DNA of 64,000 bases, taken from positions 302 to 64,301 of the forward strand of contig JBFXDG010000019.1 of the NCBI GenBank assembly GCA_050181335.1. Direction: 5' to 3'. The DNA comes from Gemmatimonadales bacterium (lineage in GTDB: Bacteria; Gemmatimonadota; Gemmatimonadetes; Longimicrobiales; Gaopeijiaceae). Of this stretch, positions 9,007 through 24,304 are shown piece after piece; the first letter of the stretch is position 1, and the number at the start of each line of letters is the position of its first letter. The notes beneath the pieces are model-generated. The model saw only the letters and a list, made by a program, of their open reading frames with translations, was not told the DNA's origin and ran no database searches. A program made the translations under genes and the position numbers.

Positions 9007-10541
9007 GCGCATCGGCCTCCGACGATTCGCAGGACCTCAATCAGGTCCTCCGGGCACGCAGGGAGAAGCTGACGGCGCTGCGCGCTAAGGGCATTCGACC
9101 GTTCGCGTATTCGTTCGAGGCCTCGGGTGCGGCTGCGGGCGTGATCGCCGCGTTCGAGGCGTCGGAGAAGGCGGGCGCGCCGGAGGGCGAGCCGACGACG
9201 CTCGCGGGCCGGATCGTCGCGTGGCGCGACATGGGTAAGAGCGCCTTCGCGCACATCGAGGACCGTTCCGGCCGCATCCAGCTCTACTTCCGCAAGGACG
9301 TGCTGGACGCCGACTCGTTCGCGAACCTCGCGCTGCTCGATCTGGGAGACTGGATCGGCGTCGAAGGCTCGGCGTTCCGCACCAAGACGGGCGAGGTCAC
9401 GGTGCGCGTCGCGGGTTGGACGCTCCTGACGAAGTCGCTCCGCCCGCTGCCGATGGGCAAGGTGGAGGTGGACGCCGCCACGGGTGCGCGGACGGTGCAC
9501 TCGGGCTTCGCCGACCAGGAGGCGCGTTACCGCCAGCGGTACGCGGACCTCGCGGTGCACCCCGAGGTGCGCGACGTGTTTCGGACGCGCTCGCGCGTGA
9601 TCACCGAGCTGAGGCGCTTCCTGGATGCCGAAGGCTTCCTCGAGGTCGAGACGCCGGTGCTGCAGCCTCTCTACGGAGGCGCTTCGGCGAAGCCGTTCGT
9701 CACGACGCACCACGCGCTCGACCAGACGATGTACCTCCGCATCGCGGACGAGCTGTACCTGAAGCGGCTGATCGTGGGCGGGCTCGACCGGGTCTACGAG
9801 ATCTCGAAGGACTTCCGCAACGAGGGTCTGTCGCGCATCCACAACCCCGAGTTCACGATGCTCGAGTGGTATCGGGCGTTCACGGACTACCGGGCGGAGA
9901 TGGCGATGTCGGAGCGGCTCCTGCTGCACGTTCTGGACAGCGTGCTGGGAACGCGCACGCTCTCCGTGGGCGGCCGTGAGATCACGTTCGAGCCGCCGTT
10001 TCCGCGCGTCGGGCTGCTGGCGTCGTTGTCCGAAGCGCTGGGAGCCGACGTGCACGACCTGAGCGACCGCGACCTGAGAGCTCGGGCCGAGACGCTGCGC
10101 ATCCCCGACCTGACCGGTGCGGGGCGCGGAAAGCTGATCGACAAGCTATTCGGCGCGCTGGTGGAGCCCGACCTGATCCAGCCGACGTTCGTGACCGACC
10201 ACCCCAAGGAGCTGAGCCCGCTCGCCAAGGAGCACCGCGACGATCCTCTGCTGACCGAGCGCTTCGAGATGTACATCGGCGGCACGGAGATCTTCAACGG
10301 CTTCTCCGAGCTGAACGATCCGCTCGACCAGCGCGCGCGGTTCGAGGCGCAGGCGTCGCTCCGCTCCGCCGGCGACGAAGAGGCCCAGCAGATCGACGAG
10401 GACTATCTGCGCGCGCTCGAGTACGGGATGCCGCCCACCGGAGGGGTCGGGATGGGCGTCGACCGCCTGGTGATGCTCCTCACGGACCAGCCGTCGATCC
10501 GCGACGTACTACTCTTTCCGGTCCTGAGGGCGGGGGAGTGA
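9003..10541 (+). CDS. lysS: Lysine--tRNA ligase (class II)
   Basis: '[20 protein letters not shown]', 'ELNDP', '[14 protein letters not shown]'. ATG 9003 overlaps the prfB stop (ATGA). Only the last 512 codons of track ORF 8091..10541 are genic. Confidence 0.95.
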   Translation: MSASASDDSQDLNQVLRARREKLTALRAKGIRPFAYSFEASGAAAGVIAAFEASEKAGAPEGEPTTLAGRIVAWRDMGKSAFAHIEDRSGRIQLYFRKDVLDADSFANLALLDLGDWIGVEGSAFRTKTGEVTVRVAGWTLLTKSLRPLPMGKVEVDAATGARTVHSGFADQEARYRQRYADLAVHPEVRDVFRTRSRVITELRRFLDAEGFLEVETPVLQPLYGGASAKPFVTTHHALDQTMYLRIADELYLKRLIVGGLDRVYEISKDFRNEGLSRIHNPEFTMLEWYRAFTDYRAEMAMSERLLLHVLDSVLGTRTLSVGGREITFEPPFPRVGLLASLSEALGADVHDLSDRDLRARAETLRIPDLTGAGRGKLIDKLFGALVEPDLIQPTFVTDHPKELSPLAKEHRDDPLLTERFEMYIGGTEIFNGFSELNDPLDQRARFEAQASLRSAGDEEAQQIDEDYLRALEYGMPPTGGVGMGVDRLVMLLTDQPSIRDVLLFPVLRAGE

Positions 10542-10587
10542 GGAGCGCGCGGTCGCAGGGAAGGCTCGAGCAACGAGGAGCGTCTTC

Positions 10588-11833
10588 GTGAAGCGCCTGC
10601 ACTGGTACATCGCGCGCCACTACCTCGGCTCGAGTCGCGGCGGTCTGCTCTCGCTCATCACCTGGATCGCGCTCGGGGGCGTGACGGTGGGCGTCACGGC
10701 CCTGGTCGTGGTGATCGCCGTGATGACGGGCATGCAGGAGGACCTGCGCGCGAAGATCCTCGAGTCCACCGCCCACGTCATCGTGCTCGAGCAGAGCGCG
10801 AGCCTCCGGCTGAACGACTACGAGAGCGTGCTCGACAGCGTGTTGGCCGTCCCAGGCGTCGTCGGGGCGGCGCCGTTCGCGCTCTCCGACATCTCGGTGC
10901 TCAAGCGGGGAGCGAGCGGCAACTACCCGCAGCCCGCGACGATGTACGGGATCGACGTGGGCCTCGATCACATGCCGGCCACGGAGATGGAGCGCCAGAT
11001 CGTCGAGGGGGTCCTCGACCTCGAGCCGCCCGCATCCGGGCTCCCACCGCTCTTGTTGGGCAGCATACTCGCCGACCGCATGTTCCTCTTCGAGGGGGAC
11101 ACCGTCGTGCTGATGTCGCTCGAGAACCTGAACATGGACAGCTTTGGCGCCCTCACGCCGACGATCCGCGAGTTCGAGGTCACGGGGACGTTCACGACGG
11201 GGATGTACGACTACGACCTGAAGAACGTGTACACGACGCTGGAGGCCGCCGGAGACCTGATCGGGCTCGAGCCGGGCGTCGCGAGCGGGATCGGCGTACG
11301 CACCGTGGATCCGGAGCTCGCGCCGGAGATCGCGCTCGAGCTGGGGGCCCGGCTGGGATCGAACTACTACGTGCAGTCGTGGGTCGCCGTGAACCGCGCG
11401 CTCTTCAGCGCGCTGCGGCTCGAGAAGCTCGCGATGCAGCTGATCCTCTTCCTGATCGTGCTGGTCGCGGCGTTCAACATCGTCAGCACGCTCGTCATGG
11501 TCGTCTCCGACCGGACGCGCGAGATCGGCATCCTGAAAGCGATGGGGATGACGAGGAACGGCATCCTGCGCGTTTTCGTCCTCCAGGGGGCGTGGATCGG
11601 CGTCATGGGCACGGCCGTGGGAACGGTCACGGGGCTCTTCCTCTGCTGGCTGCTCGACCGTTACCAGATCATCCGCATCCCGCCCGACGTCTACTTCGTG
11701 GACCATCTGCCGGTGTCGGTGCAGGTGACCGACGTGGTCCTGATCGTCGCCGCGAGCGTCGCGGTCGCCTTCCTCGCCACGATCTATCCCTCCGTGCAGG
11801 CGTCGCGGCTCGAGCCGGTGGACGCGATCCGCC

Positions 11834-11841
<8 letters not shown>
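10588..11841 (+). CDS. lolE: Lipoprotein-releasing ABC transporter permease (LolC/LolE, FtsX-like)
   Basis: N-terminal TM segment, large periplasmic loop, and C-terminal FtsX-type TM bundle '[11 protein letters not shown]'. GTG start with GAGGAG 7 nt upstream. Confidence 0.85.
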
Positions 11842-12556
<715 letters not shown>

Positions 12557-12598
12557 CCAGGCGCAGAGATTGCCACGGAATCCGTGGCAGATGCCTGG
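12557..12598 (+). promoter_or_regulatory. Nested inverted repeat upstream of mcsA (perfect 9-1-9 palindrome TGCCACGGA-A-TCCGTGGCA inside CCAGGC...GCCTGG)
   Basis: Read directly. Inner arms are 12571-12579 / 12581-12589 and outer arms 12557-12562 / 12593-12598. The 3' outer arm abuts GGAG at 12597-12600. Confidence 0.5.
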
Positions 12599-12615
12599 AG
12601 TAGGAGCAGCCCCCC

Positions 12616-13128
12616 ATGTCGGACATGGTCTGTGACAACTGCGGGTCCACCCACGCGGTGGTCCACCTCACGCAGATCGTCAACAATCAGATGTCCACGC
12701 ATCGGCTGTGCGAGAAGTGCGCGGCGGAGAAGGGTCTGGAGACGACGCCGGAACCGACCGCCGCGACGTTCCCGCTGACGGACCTCCTCGCGCAGATCGG
12801 GAAGGATCCGGCACCGGAGGCGGAGCCCGCCTCGACGCAGCAGTGCTCGTTCTGTGGCCTGACCTTCAAGGATTTCCGGGAGACGGGACGGCTCGGATGT
12901 CCGCATTGTTACGAGACCTACGGGCCTCACTTACAGCGGCTTCTGAGGCGGGTCCACGGCGGCACCCAACACGTGGGCAAGGTGTACCTGCCGCCCGATC
13001 CCAGCGCGTCGGAGCTGGAGCGCCGGCTGGAGGCGCTCCGCAGGAAGCTGAACCGAGCGGTCGAATCCGAGGACTTCGAGCGGGCCGCCGAGCTTCGCGA
13101 CGAGATCCGGTCGCTGGAGCCGGCCTAG
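12616..13128 (+). CDS. mcsA: McsA-like zinc-finger / UVR-motif protein (activator of protein arginine kinase)
   Basis: CxxC pairs 'CDNCGS', 'CEKCAAE', 'CSFCGL', 'CPHCYETY' plus the UVR motif '[15 protein letters not shown]'. Sits immediately upstream of mcsB. Confidence 0.8.
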   Translation: MSDMVCDNCGSTHAVVHLTQIVNNQMSTHRLCEKCAAEKGLETTPEPTAATFPLTDLLAQIGKDPAPEAEPASTQQCSFCGLTFKDFRETGRLGCPHCYETYGPHLQRLLRRVHGGTQHVGKVYLPPDPSASELERRLEALRRKLNRAVESEDFERAAELRDEIRSLEPA

Positions 13129-13136
13129 GAAGCGAC

Positions 13137-14248
13137 GTGAACGACCTCCCCGAGATCCCCGACCACAGCTTGAGCTGGCTCGAAGCGAGCGGCGACCACG
13201 CCGACATCGTTCTGTCGACCCGCGTTCGCCTCGCGCGCAACCTCCAGGGACACGCGTTCGGACCCAGGGCGCGGGTCAACGACCGTGAGGCGGTGCTGCG
13301 ACGGTTCCGGGACTCGGCCCAGAAGGCCGAGTCGCTCAAGGGAGGCACGCTGCTGGAGCTCCCGAACCTGCCGCCCCGCGCCAGGAAGATCCTCCTCGAG
13401 CGCCGCCTGGTGAGCCGCGACCTGCTCGGCGACGAGAGCCACGGCCCGGTCCGCGGAGCCGCGGTGCACGTCTCCGGCACGTCGCCTCTGAGCGTCATGG
13501 TCAACGAGGAGGACCACCTCCGGGCCCAGAGCCTCGTCTCCGGATTGCGGATAGAGCACGCATGGCGGCTCGTCGATCGTCTGGACGAGGAGCTCGGGCG
13601 GGAGCTCCCCTATGCCTACCACCACGAGTTCGGATTCCTGACGAGCTGCCCGACCAACGTGGGGTCCGGCCTGCGCGCCTCCGTCTTCATGCACCTTCCC
13701 GGGCTCGTGCTCACGAAGGAGATCGCGAAGGTGCTGCAGGGGCTCGGCCAGGTCGGGCTGACCTTCCGGGGCCTCTACGGCGAAGGCTCGGAGGTCGTCG
13801 GAAACTTCTTCCAGATCTCCAACCAGACGACCCTCGGCAAGACGGAGGAGGATCTGGTGGACCACCTGGACAAGATGGCCCGTCAGGTGATCCATCACGA
13901 GATGCACGCCCGGCAGGTCCTGCTGCGCGACGCGCGCGGCGTGACCGAGGACAAGATCTGGCGCGCGTACGGCTTGCTGCGCTACGCCAGGACGCTCTCG
14001 TTCGAGGAGTTCATGAACCTCCTGTCGGGCGTCCGGCTGGGACTTTCGCTGAAACTACTCCCTGGACTTCGTGTATACACGCTCAACAAGATGATGATAT
14101 TCACGCAGCCGGCGCACCTCGAAGAAGCGGCGGGGCGTGAGCTGAGTTCAGCCGAGGGCGACGCACATCGCGCGGCATTCGTGCGCCGGGTCCTGGCAGC
14201 CGAAGGTGAAGTCGAGCAGGGCGGTTCTCCCGAGGGTCCTGAGCAGCG

Positions 14249-14252
<4 letters not shown>
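13137..14252 (+). CDS. mcsB: Protein arginine kinase McsB (ATP:guanido phosphotransferase fold)
   Basis: 'RVRLARNL', 'NEEDHLR' and the active-site signature '[12 protein letters not shown]'. GTG 13137 is in frame with track ORF 12708..14252. Confidence 0.9.
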
Positions 14253-16728
<2,476 letters not shown>

Positions 16729-16732
<4 letters not shown>

Positions 16733-19158
16733 TGGCGAAACGGTCGCTCGCACGACTCGGAGCGACCACGCTCGCTCTCTTCGCGTGCCTCGCCGGCTCC
16801 GCCCGGGCTCAGTCCGCGGCGCCCAGGACCTTGGTCGTCGACTCGATCGTCGTCCGGGGCGCGCAGCGCATCCAGCCGGAGTCGGTGGCGGGTCTCTTCG
16901 GGATCATCCCCGGCGACGAGGTCATGTACCGCGACATCCAGCGCGGCATCAAGACCGTGCTGTCGAGTGGGCAGTTCCGCGACGTGGTCGTGCGCGCGGA
17001 GGGCACGCCGCCCGATCCGGTCGTGCTCGTGATCGAGGTCGAAGAGGAGCTGATGGTCCGGCGCGTGGACATCAACGGGCTCGAGCACGTCTCGCCCGGA
17101 ATGGTCCGCGACACGGTCGGCCTCCAGGCGGGCGTCGCGCTGAACCGGCAGAACATCCTCGAGGCCAGAGCGTTCATCCGGTCCGAGCTCGCCGAGGAGG
17201 GGATCCCGTTCGCGAACATCGAGGATCGTTTGGAGCCGGTCGAGGGCGACCCGACGCGGGTGGACATCGTCATCGACGTCGAGGAGGGTCAGCGGATCAC
17301 CGTCGCGGACATCGAGTTCATCGGGAACCAGGGGCTCTCCGATGACGAGCTGCGCACCGCGATGGACGTCGACCGCGAGGGCTTCTGGTGGTTCCGCACC
17401 GGCTCGTTCAACGAGGCCGACTATGAGGCCGACCTCGAGGCGAACATTCCCGGGATGTACCGATCGCGCGGATATCTCGACGCGACGGTCGTGTCCGACA
17501 CCGTCCTGATCGATCCGACGAACGGCAAGGCCCGGCTCGAGGTCTCCCTCGAGGAGGGTGTGCAATACCGGCTCAACGAGTTCTCGGTGGAAGGCAACGC
17601 GGTATTCGAGGACCAGGCATTCGAGTCGCTCTTCATCACGCCGAGCGGCGGCATCCTGAGCAGCCTCGGTTTCGGCGGTACGGACCGCACCAACGAGCAG
17701 GGGGGCGTCTTCGACGCCGAGGCCTTCGAGGACGCGCGCCAGCGCGCGCTGGAGCGGTACCGCAACCAGGGCTACCTCTACGCCGAGATCACGCCCGTCA
17801 TCGATCGCATCGAGCCGCAGGACGACGGTCCGCCGCTGGTCAACGCGACGTGGCAGGTCAACGAGGGGCCGCTCGCCCTGATCAACCGCATCAACATCGA
17901 GGGGAACGAGTACACCCACGAATGGGTGATCCGTAACCAGCTCACCGTGATCCCTGGCGACGTCTACAGCCAGGACCGTCTGCTGCAGAGCTACCAGAGC
18001 ATATCCGCGCTCGGCTTCTTCGAGGTGCCGATGCCGCTGCCGGACATCGAGCCGATCGAGTCGGGCCCGAACACCGGAGACGTGAACATCACGTTCCACG
18101 TGGTGGAGCGGCAGACCGGCTCGATCAACTTCGGGACCTCCATCGGCGGCGGCGTGGGGCTGTCGGGGTTCGTGGGCTACGAGCAGCCGAACCTGTTCGG
18201 ACAGGCCAAGTCCGGCACGCTGCGCTGGGACTTCGGGCGCTTCCTGAACAGCTTCGAGGTGGGGTACACGGACCCGTCGCTGTTCCAGAGCATGGTGTCC
18301 GGATCGCTCTCGCTGTTCAACTCGCGAGACCGGTTCTTCCAGTTCTCGTCCGGCCGGCGCAAGCGCATCGGCGCGACCACCCGATTCGGCTTCCCGTGGC
18401 GCGGCTCGCTCTTCACACGCGCCTTCGTCGGCTACAGCATCTCGAGGACGACCTACGAGCTGTTCAGCGACGAGACGGACACGTCGCTGTTCGGACGACC
18501 GCCGGGCGTGCAGAGCCAGCTCTCGCTGGGTCTGACGCGCCAGACGCTCGACCATCCGATCTTCCCGTCCGTGGGCTCGCGGCAGAACGTCACGGTCGAG
18601 CTCAACGGAGGTCTGCTGGGAGGCGACGGGCAGTTCACCCGCGTCCTGACCGACGGCCAGTGGTGGCTGCCGGTGGGCCGACTCGGGGGAGGCGAGGGGC
18701 TGCAGGGAGGCCTCCGCATGTCGCTCGGTCTGACGCTCCGCGGGGGCGCGATCTTCGGCAACGTGGACGCCTTCCCGTTCGACCGTTTCTGGATGGGTGG
18801 CGTGCAGTTCGGTCAGAGCCTGCGCGGCTACGACGAGACGTCGATCACGCCGCTCGGATACTATCCGGAGCTCTCGAACGACATCACGGACATCCAGCGT
18901 CTGGGCAACTCCTACTTCACCCTGTCGACCACGTTCGCGATGCGCCCGAGCGATCAGATCTCGCTCAACCTCTTCTACGACGCTGGCAACGTGTACCGCC
19001 AGCCGGCCGACTTCGACCCGACGCGCCTATTCCGCGGGGCGGGCTTCGGCATCCAGCTCGTCACGCCGTTCGGGCCCATCGGGCTCGACTACGCCTACGG
19101 CTTCGACAAGCCGGAGCCGGGTTGGCAGCTGCACTTCCGCATGGGCGGCGGCAACTGA
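16729..19158 (+). CDS. bamA: Outer membrane protein assembly factor BamA
   Basis: Signal peptide, multiple POTRA-like repeats ('VRGAQRI...', 'INGLEHV...', 'FIGNQGL...', 'VEGNAVF...', 'IEGNEYT...') and an Omp85 barrel ending '[19 protein letters not shown]'. The start overlaps the clpC stop. Confidence 0.9.
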
Positions 19159-19264
19159 CGACGTCGGGGGGAACCCCCGGAACAAGCCCATCCATTCGGA
19201 CTACGACTCACCGTGGCACCTGGCCCCATCAACAACCCGACGGAGTACGCACAGGAGTTCGACC

Positions 19265-19801
19265 ATGAGACGCAGCATTCTCGCGCTCCCCGCTCTCGCG
19301 TGGGCCGTCACGGCCGTGGCCGCGGAAGCTCAGACGCTCAAGATCGGCTACATCAACTCGCAGCAGATCCTGGCGAGCTCGTCGGAAGCCAATGCCGCCC
19401 AGCAGCAGTTCGATCAGGAGATGCAGCGCTTCCAGACCGAGGTGCAGCAGCTCGAGGAGGAGATCACGGGGCTCCAGCAGCGGCTCCAGCAGCAGCAGCT
19501 CACGCTGTCGCCCGAGGCGAGGGCGAACCGCGAGCTGCAGATCCAGACGAAGCTGCAGGAGTACCAGACCCGCACCAATGAGCTCCAACAGCTGGCGGAC
19601 CAGCGGCGATCGGAGCTGATTCAGCCGGTCATGGACAAGATCACGGTGGTGATCGAGACGCTTCGCACGGAGGGACAGTACTCTCTGATCCTCGACGTGG
19701 CGGCGGGCTCCATCATCGCCGCCGATTCGACGCTCGACCTGACCCCCGAGGTGATCCGTCGCCTCGGCGCCGCGACCCCGACCGGAGCCGCGCGCGAGTA
19801 G
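19265..19801 (+). CDS. skp: Periplasmic chaperone Skp/OmpH
   Basis: Signal peptide '[16 protein letters not shown]' and a Gln-rich coiled coil with '[10 protein letters not shown]'. GGAG lies 7 nt upstream of ATG 19265. Confidence 0.85.
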   Translation: MRRSILALPALAWAVTAVAAEAQTLKIGYINSQQILASSSEANAAQQQFDQEMQRFQTEVQQLEEEITGLQQRLQQQQLTLSPEARANRELQIQTKLQEYQTRTNELQQLADQRRSELIQPVMDKITVVIETLRTEGQYSLILDVAAGSIIAADSTLDLTPEVIRRLGAATPTGAARE

Positions 19802-19840
19802 CTCGACGACGTCGAGCGCGCCCCTCCGGCGCCCAGCTCC

Positions 19841-19880
19841 ACGGCCCACGGCGCCAACGCGCTCGTGGGCCGTCGTCTTT
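19841..19880 (+). terminator. Intrinsic terminator after skp
   Basis: 9-bp stem ACGGCCCAC / GTGGGCCGT followed by CGTCTTT. Confidence 0.5.
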
Positions 19881-19901
19881 CCGCGATACGAGGAGGCCTT
19901 C

Positions 19902-20987
19902 ATGACCGAGTCCGCGCACCGCCGCTCCGTCACCCTCACGCTGGGCCGGATCGCCTCGCTGGCGGGCGGGCGTCTCGTGGGGCCGGAGGATCTCGAGCTG
20001 GACGGGATGGCGCCGCTGGACGAGGCGGGGGCCCGCGCGCTCGGGTTCCTCGCGCTGAGGCGCTACACCCGGCTGGTCGCGAAATCCGAGGCCGGCGCCT
20101 TTCTCGTGAGCGCCGAGCTCGAGGGCCAGCTCCCGGCGGACGCGCCGCGCGTGGTCGTGGAGGAGCCGTACCGCGCGCTACGCGCGGTGCTGGAGGGCTT
20201 CTTCCCTCCCGCCGCACCGTCGGCCGCCGTGCACGCGACGGCCGTGATCGGGAGGGGCGTGCGGTTGGGTCGCGGTGTGCGCGTGGAGCCCTACGTCGTG
20301 CTCGGGGACGGCGTCGTGCTCGGTGACGACGTGGTCGTCGGCGCCCACAGCGTGATCGGCGCGCGCTCCACCGTCGGCGCGCGCACGATCGTCCATCCTC
20401 ACGTGGTGACCTACGAGGATACCGTGATCGGCTCGGGTGTCGTGCTCCATTCGGGCGTGCGCGTCGGGTCCGACGGCTTCGGGTACACGCCCGTCGACGG
20501 GAATCCGCTCAAGATGCCGCAGGTAGGCCGCGCGGTCGTCGAGGACGGCGCGGAGATCGGCGCCAACACCACGATCGACAGAGGCTCGCTCGGCGACACG
20601 GTCGTGGGACGAGGCGTGAAGATCGACAACCTGGTGCAGATCGCGCACAACGTGCGCGTCGGGGCCGGCACGCTGATCGCGGCGTTGGTGGGCATCGCCG
20701 GCTCGACCCGCATCGGGCGGGGGGCGTGGCTCGGCGGTCGCGCCAGCGCGATCAACCACCTGGAGATCGGCGACGGGGCGCGGGTGACGTTCGGCTCCAC
20801 GGTCACGCGTGACGTCCGAGCCGGCGAGACCGTCTCGGGCTATCCAGCGCGGCCGCACCGGGAGCACCTGCGCGCCCAAGCGCTGGTCGGGCGGATCGCG
20901 GGGCTCGTGGAGCGGGTGGAGCGCCTCGAAGCGAGGATCGGCGGAGGACCGCCGCCGGCCCCCGCTTCGCAGGCGGAGCCCATGTGA
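19902..20987 (+). CDS. lpxD: UDP-3-O-acylglucosamine N-acyltransferase
   Basis: N-terminal LpxD domain followed by a long run of hexapeptide repeats. Position is upstream of lpxC/fabZ-lpxA. Confidence 0.9.
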   Translation: MTESAHRRSVTLTLGRIASLAGGRLVGPEDLELDGMAPLDEAGARALGFLALRRYTRLVAKSEAGAFLVSAELEGQLPADAPRVVVEEPYRALRAVLEGFFPPAAPSAAVHATAVIGRGVRLGRGVRVEPYVVLGDGVVLGDDVVVGAHSVIGARSTVGARTIVHPHVVTYEDTVIGSGVVLHSGVRVGSDGFGYTPVDGNPLKMPQVGRAVVEDGAEIGANTTIDRGSLGDTVVGRGVKIDNLVQIAHNVRVGAGTLIAALVGIAGSTRIGRGAWLGGRASAINHLEIGDGARVTFGSTVTRDVRAGETVSGYPARPHREHLRAQALVGRIAGLVERVERLEARIGGGPPPAPASQAEPM

Positions 20988-21050
20988 CCGACCGATCCGC
21001 ATGCCGTTAGGTTTGACCGCCCGGCTTCCCTCAGCGACCTGCAACCATCC

Positions 21051-22337
21051 ATGAGCGGCCCGAGCCAACGAACGATCTCGCGCGAGGTCTGCCTCCGGGG
21101 CGTCGGCCTGCATTCGGGTGAGGCGTCCTCCGTCACGCTCCGCGGCGCGGAGCCCGGGACGGGGCTGCGCTTCCGCCGCGTGGACCTCCCCGGCGAGCCT
21201 TCCATCCCCGCCGACCTGGACCATGTGTCGGGCACGGATCTGGGCACGACGCTCGCCCTGGGCGAGGCGAAGATCATGACCGTCGAGCACGTCCTGGCCG
21301 CGTTCGCGGGGATGCGGATCGACAACGCGGTCATCGATGTCAGCGGCGCCGAGGTGCCGATCCTCGACGGGTCGTCTCGCGACTACGTGGCGGCCCTGGC
21401 GGACGCGTGTCCGGTGGAGCAGCCCGCCGAGGCCCGCGTGCTGTCGGTCGGCGAGCCGGTCACCATATCGGACAGCGACGGCCAGTCGTACGTCGCGACA
21501 CGCGCGGATGCGCTGCGCATCTCCGCGACGATCGACTTCACGCACCCTGCCATCGGGCGGCAGTTCGGGTCGTTCGTCGTGGACGAGGCGTCGTTCCGCG
21601 ACGAGATCGCGCCGGCCCGCACCTTCGGCTTCGAGGCGGACGCGGACACCCTGCGGGCGCGCGGGCTCGCGCGCGGCGCCTCGCTCGACAACACCGTCGT
21701 GCTCGACGACGACGGCATCATGAACGACGCTCTGCGCTTCGAGGACGAGTTCCTGAGGCACAAGGTCGGCGACATCGTCGGCGATCTGATGCTGCTGGGC
21801 GCGCGCCTGCGGACGCACGTCGTGGCCGAGCGACCGAGCCACCGCGGCAACGTCGCGCTCGCCCAGGCGCTGCGCGCGCAGCTCCGCCGGTCGTCCCGTG
21901 AGCCCGTGCTGGACGCGGCGCGCATCATGCAATGCCTGCCGCACCGCTATCCGATGCTCCTGGTCGACCGCGTGACGGAGATCGAGAAGGGCAAGCGGAT
22001 CGTGGGACTGAAGAACGTCACCATCAACGAACCGTTCTTCCAGGGACACTACCCTGGGCATCCGATCATGCCGGGGGTGCTCATCATCGAGGCGATGGCG
22101 CAGGTCGGTGGCCTGCTGCTCATGGACGAGCTCGGCGACGCGGACGACAAAGTCGTGTACTTCATGACGATGGACAACGTGAAGTTCCGCCGCCCGGTCG
22201 TGCCCGGCGACACGCTCGTCTTCGAGCTCGAGGTGCTCCAGCTCCGGCGGGGCGTGTGCAAGATGCGCGGCAAGGGGTTCGTCGAGGGGAAGGTCGCGGC
22301 GGAGGCGGAGTTCATGGCGAGCATCGTGGACAAATGA
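21051..22337 (+). CDS. lpxC-fabZ: Bifunctional UDP-3-O-acyl-GlcNAc deacetylase / 3-hydroxyacyl-ACP dehydratase (LpxC-FabZ fusion)
   Basis: LpxC part 'GVGLHSG...TVEHVLAA...[10 protein letters not shown]...HRGN'. FabZ part '[13 protein letters not shown]...[26 protein letters not shown]'. Confidence 0.9.
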   Translation: MSGPSQRTISREVCLRGVGLHSGEASSVTLRGAEPGTGLRFRRVDLPGEPSIPADLDHVSGTDLGTTLALGEAKIMTVEHVLAAFAGMRIDNAVIDVSGAEVPILDGSSRDYVAALADACPVEQPAEARVLSVGEPVTISDSDGQSYVATRADALRISATIDFTHPAIGRQFGSFVVDEASFRDEIAPARTFGFEADADTLRARGLARGASLDNTVVLDDDGIMNDALRFEDEFLRHKVGDIVGDLMLLGARLRTHVVAERPSHRGNVALAQALRAQLRRSSREPVLDAARIMQCLPHRYPMLLVDRVTEIEKGKRIVGLKNVTINEPFFQGHYPGHPIMPGVLIIEAMAQVGGLLLMDELGDADDKVVYFMTMDNVKFRRPVVPGDTLVFELEVLQLRRGVCKMRGKGFVEGKVAAEAEFMASIVDK

Positions 22338-23143
22338 GGCTTCACGACACGCAGCTCGGCACGCGCGGCGCGACGAGCGTCCACCCGAGCGCCATCGTGG
22401 ACGGCTCGGCCGAGCTCGGCCAGGGCGTGACGGTGGGCCCCTGGGCGATCATCGGCCCACGCGTCCGGGTGGGCGACGGGACGGAGGTGGGCCCCCGGGT
22501 CCTCATCGAGAGGGATACGGTCGTCGGCGAAGACTGCCGCCTCGCCAACGGCGCGGTGCTGGGCACGGACCCCCAGGACCTCAAGTACAAGGGCGAGCAC
22601 TCGACCCTCGAGGTCGGCGACCGCACGGTGGTGCGCGAGTTCGCCACGCTCAACCGCGGGACCGAAGCGTCCGGCAGGACGGTGGTGGGGACGGACTGCC
22701 TCCTGATGGCCTACACGCACGTGGCGCACGACTGTGAGATCGGCAATCACGTCGTGCTCGCCAACTCCGTGAACATGGGCGGGCACGTGATCATCGAGGA
22801 CTGGGTGATCGTGGGCGGCGTGACCCCGATCCACCAGTTCGTGCGCATCGGGGCGCATGCGTTCGTGGGCGGTGGATCGCGCGTGCCCCAGGACGTGCCG
22901 CCGTACTGCCGCGCCGCGGGTAATCCGCCGCGGCTGTACGGGCTCAACTCGGTGGGGCTCGAGCGCCGCGGTCTCTCCGAGGACGTGCGGCGCGCGCTCA
23001 AGCAGGCCTACCGCATCCTGTTCCAGGGGCCCGAGAACCTCTCGGCCGCGCTGGACCGGGCCGAGCGCGAGGTGCCAGGCATTCCCGAGGTGAAGCACCT
23101 CATCCAGTTCGTGCGCTCGAGCGAACGGGGTGTCACGACTTAG
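22334..23143 (+). CDS. lpxA: Acyl-ACP--UDP-GlcNAc O-acyltransferase
   Basis: Hexapeptide repeats and '[20 protein letters not shown]', plus a C-terminal helical domain. ATGA overlap with lpxC-fabZ. Confidence 0.9.
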   Translation: MRLHDTQLGTRGATSVHPSAIVDGSAELGQGVTVGPWAIIGPRVRVGDGTEVGPRVLIERDTVVGEDCRLANGAVLGTDPQDLKYKGEHSTLEVGDRTVVREFATLNRGTEASGRTVVGTDCLLMAYTHVAHDCEIGNHVVLANSVNMGGHVIIEDWVIVGGVTPIHQFVRIGAHAFVGGGSRVPQDVPPYCRAAGNPPRLYGLNSVGLERRGLSEDVRRALKQAYRILFQGPENLSAALDRAEREVPGIPEVKHLIQFVRSSERGVTT

Positions 23144-23164
23144 TCGGCCGATGCCGTCGCCCGG

Positions 23165-24304
23165 TTGGCTCTCCTGAAGGACGTCACGGTCTTCCTTTCG
23201 GCCGGGGAGCTCTCGGGCGATGCGTACGGCGGCGCGCTCGCCCGGGCGCTCCGCATCCGTCGACCGGACGTGCGACTGGTCGGCATCGGCGGTCCGACGA
23301 TGGCGGCGGCGGGGGTCGAGCTGATGGCGCATCTCGACGACCTCGCGGTGATGGGGTTCGGGGAGGTCGCGCCGCGCCTGGCGTTCTTCTGGAGGCTCGA
23401 GCGACGGATCCGCGCGCTGCTCTCCCGCGGTGGCACGCGGCTCTTCGTCGCGATCGACTTTCCCGGTCTCAACCTGCGGCTCGCGGCGGCCGCGCGACGC
23501 GCCGGCGTTCGCGTGCTCTACTACGTCGCGCCCAAGGTGTGGGCGTGGCGAGAGGGTCGCGCGCGCACCCTCGCGCGGGCGACCGATCGCGTCGCCGCGA
23601 TCCTGCCGTTCGAGGTCGCCGCGCTCGAGCGGCATGGCGTGCGGGCGACGTTCGTCGGCCATCCCCTGTTGGACCGCGATGCGTCGACCATCCCCTCGCG
23701 GGACGCGTTCTGCCGTGAGTGGGGCCTGGACGGAAGGCGCTCGTTCCTGGCGCTGCTGCCTGGTTCGAGACGTCAGGAGGTCGATCGGCATCTCGCCCTG
23801 TTCGCGGCGGCCGCGCGGCTCGTGCAGGCGGGCCGTCCCGAGGTCCTGCCGGTGATCGCGAGGGCCCGCAGCCTTCCCGCGCCGCTGTTCGAGCGCGCCG
23901 GCTTCCCGGTCGTCGTGGACGCTGCCGCGCTCCTGCGCCATGCGCGGGCGGCGCTGGTGAAGTCCGGCACCGCGACGCTCGAGGCGGTGATCGCGGAAGC
24001 GCCCATGACGGTCGCCTACCGCACGAGCGGGCTCACGTGGCAGGTCGCGAGGCGGCTGCTGCGCGTGCCGTTCGTGTCCCTGCCGAACCTCGTGGACGGC
24101 GCGCGCATCGTGCCCGAGCGCCTCCAGGCGAGCGCGACGCCGGAGGCCCTCGCCGGCGATCTGCTCGGGCTGCTCGACGATGGTCCGGCGAGGAGTGAGC
24201 AGCTCGCAGGCTATGCGCGAGTGCGGCGAGCCCTGGGCGGCCCCGGCGCGACGGCTCGCGTCGCGGACATGGCGGTTCAGCTCCTGGACGGGAGCCCGAC
24301 GTGA
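23165..24304 (+). CDS. lpxB: Lipid-A-disaccharide synthase
   Basis: '[11 protein letters not shown]', '[10 protein letters not shown]', 'LPGSRRQEV'. Apparent TTG start; the start is uncertain. Confidence 0.85.
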   Translation: MALLKDVTVFLSAGELSGDAYGGALARALRIRRPDVRLVGIGGPTMAAAGVELMAHLDDLAVMGFGEVAPRLAFFWRLERRIRALLSRGGTRLFVAIDFPGLNLRLAAAARRAGVRVLYYVAPKVWAWREGRARTLARATDRVAAILPFEVAALERHGVRATFVGHPLLDRDASTIPSRDAFCREWGLDGRRSFLALLPGSRRQEVDRHLALFAAAARLVQAGRPEVLPVIARARSLPAPLFERAGFPVVVDAAALLRHARAALVKSGTATLEAVIAEAPMTVAYRTSGLTWQVARRLLRVPFVSLPNLVDGARIVPERLQASATPEALAGDLLGLLDDGPARSEQLAGYARVRRALGGPGATARVADMAVQLLDGSPT

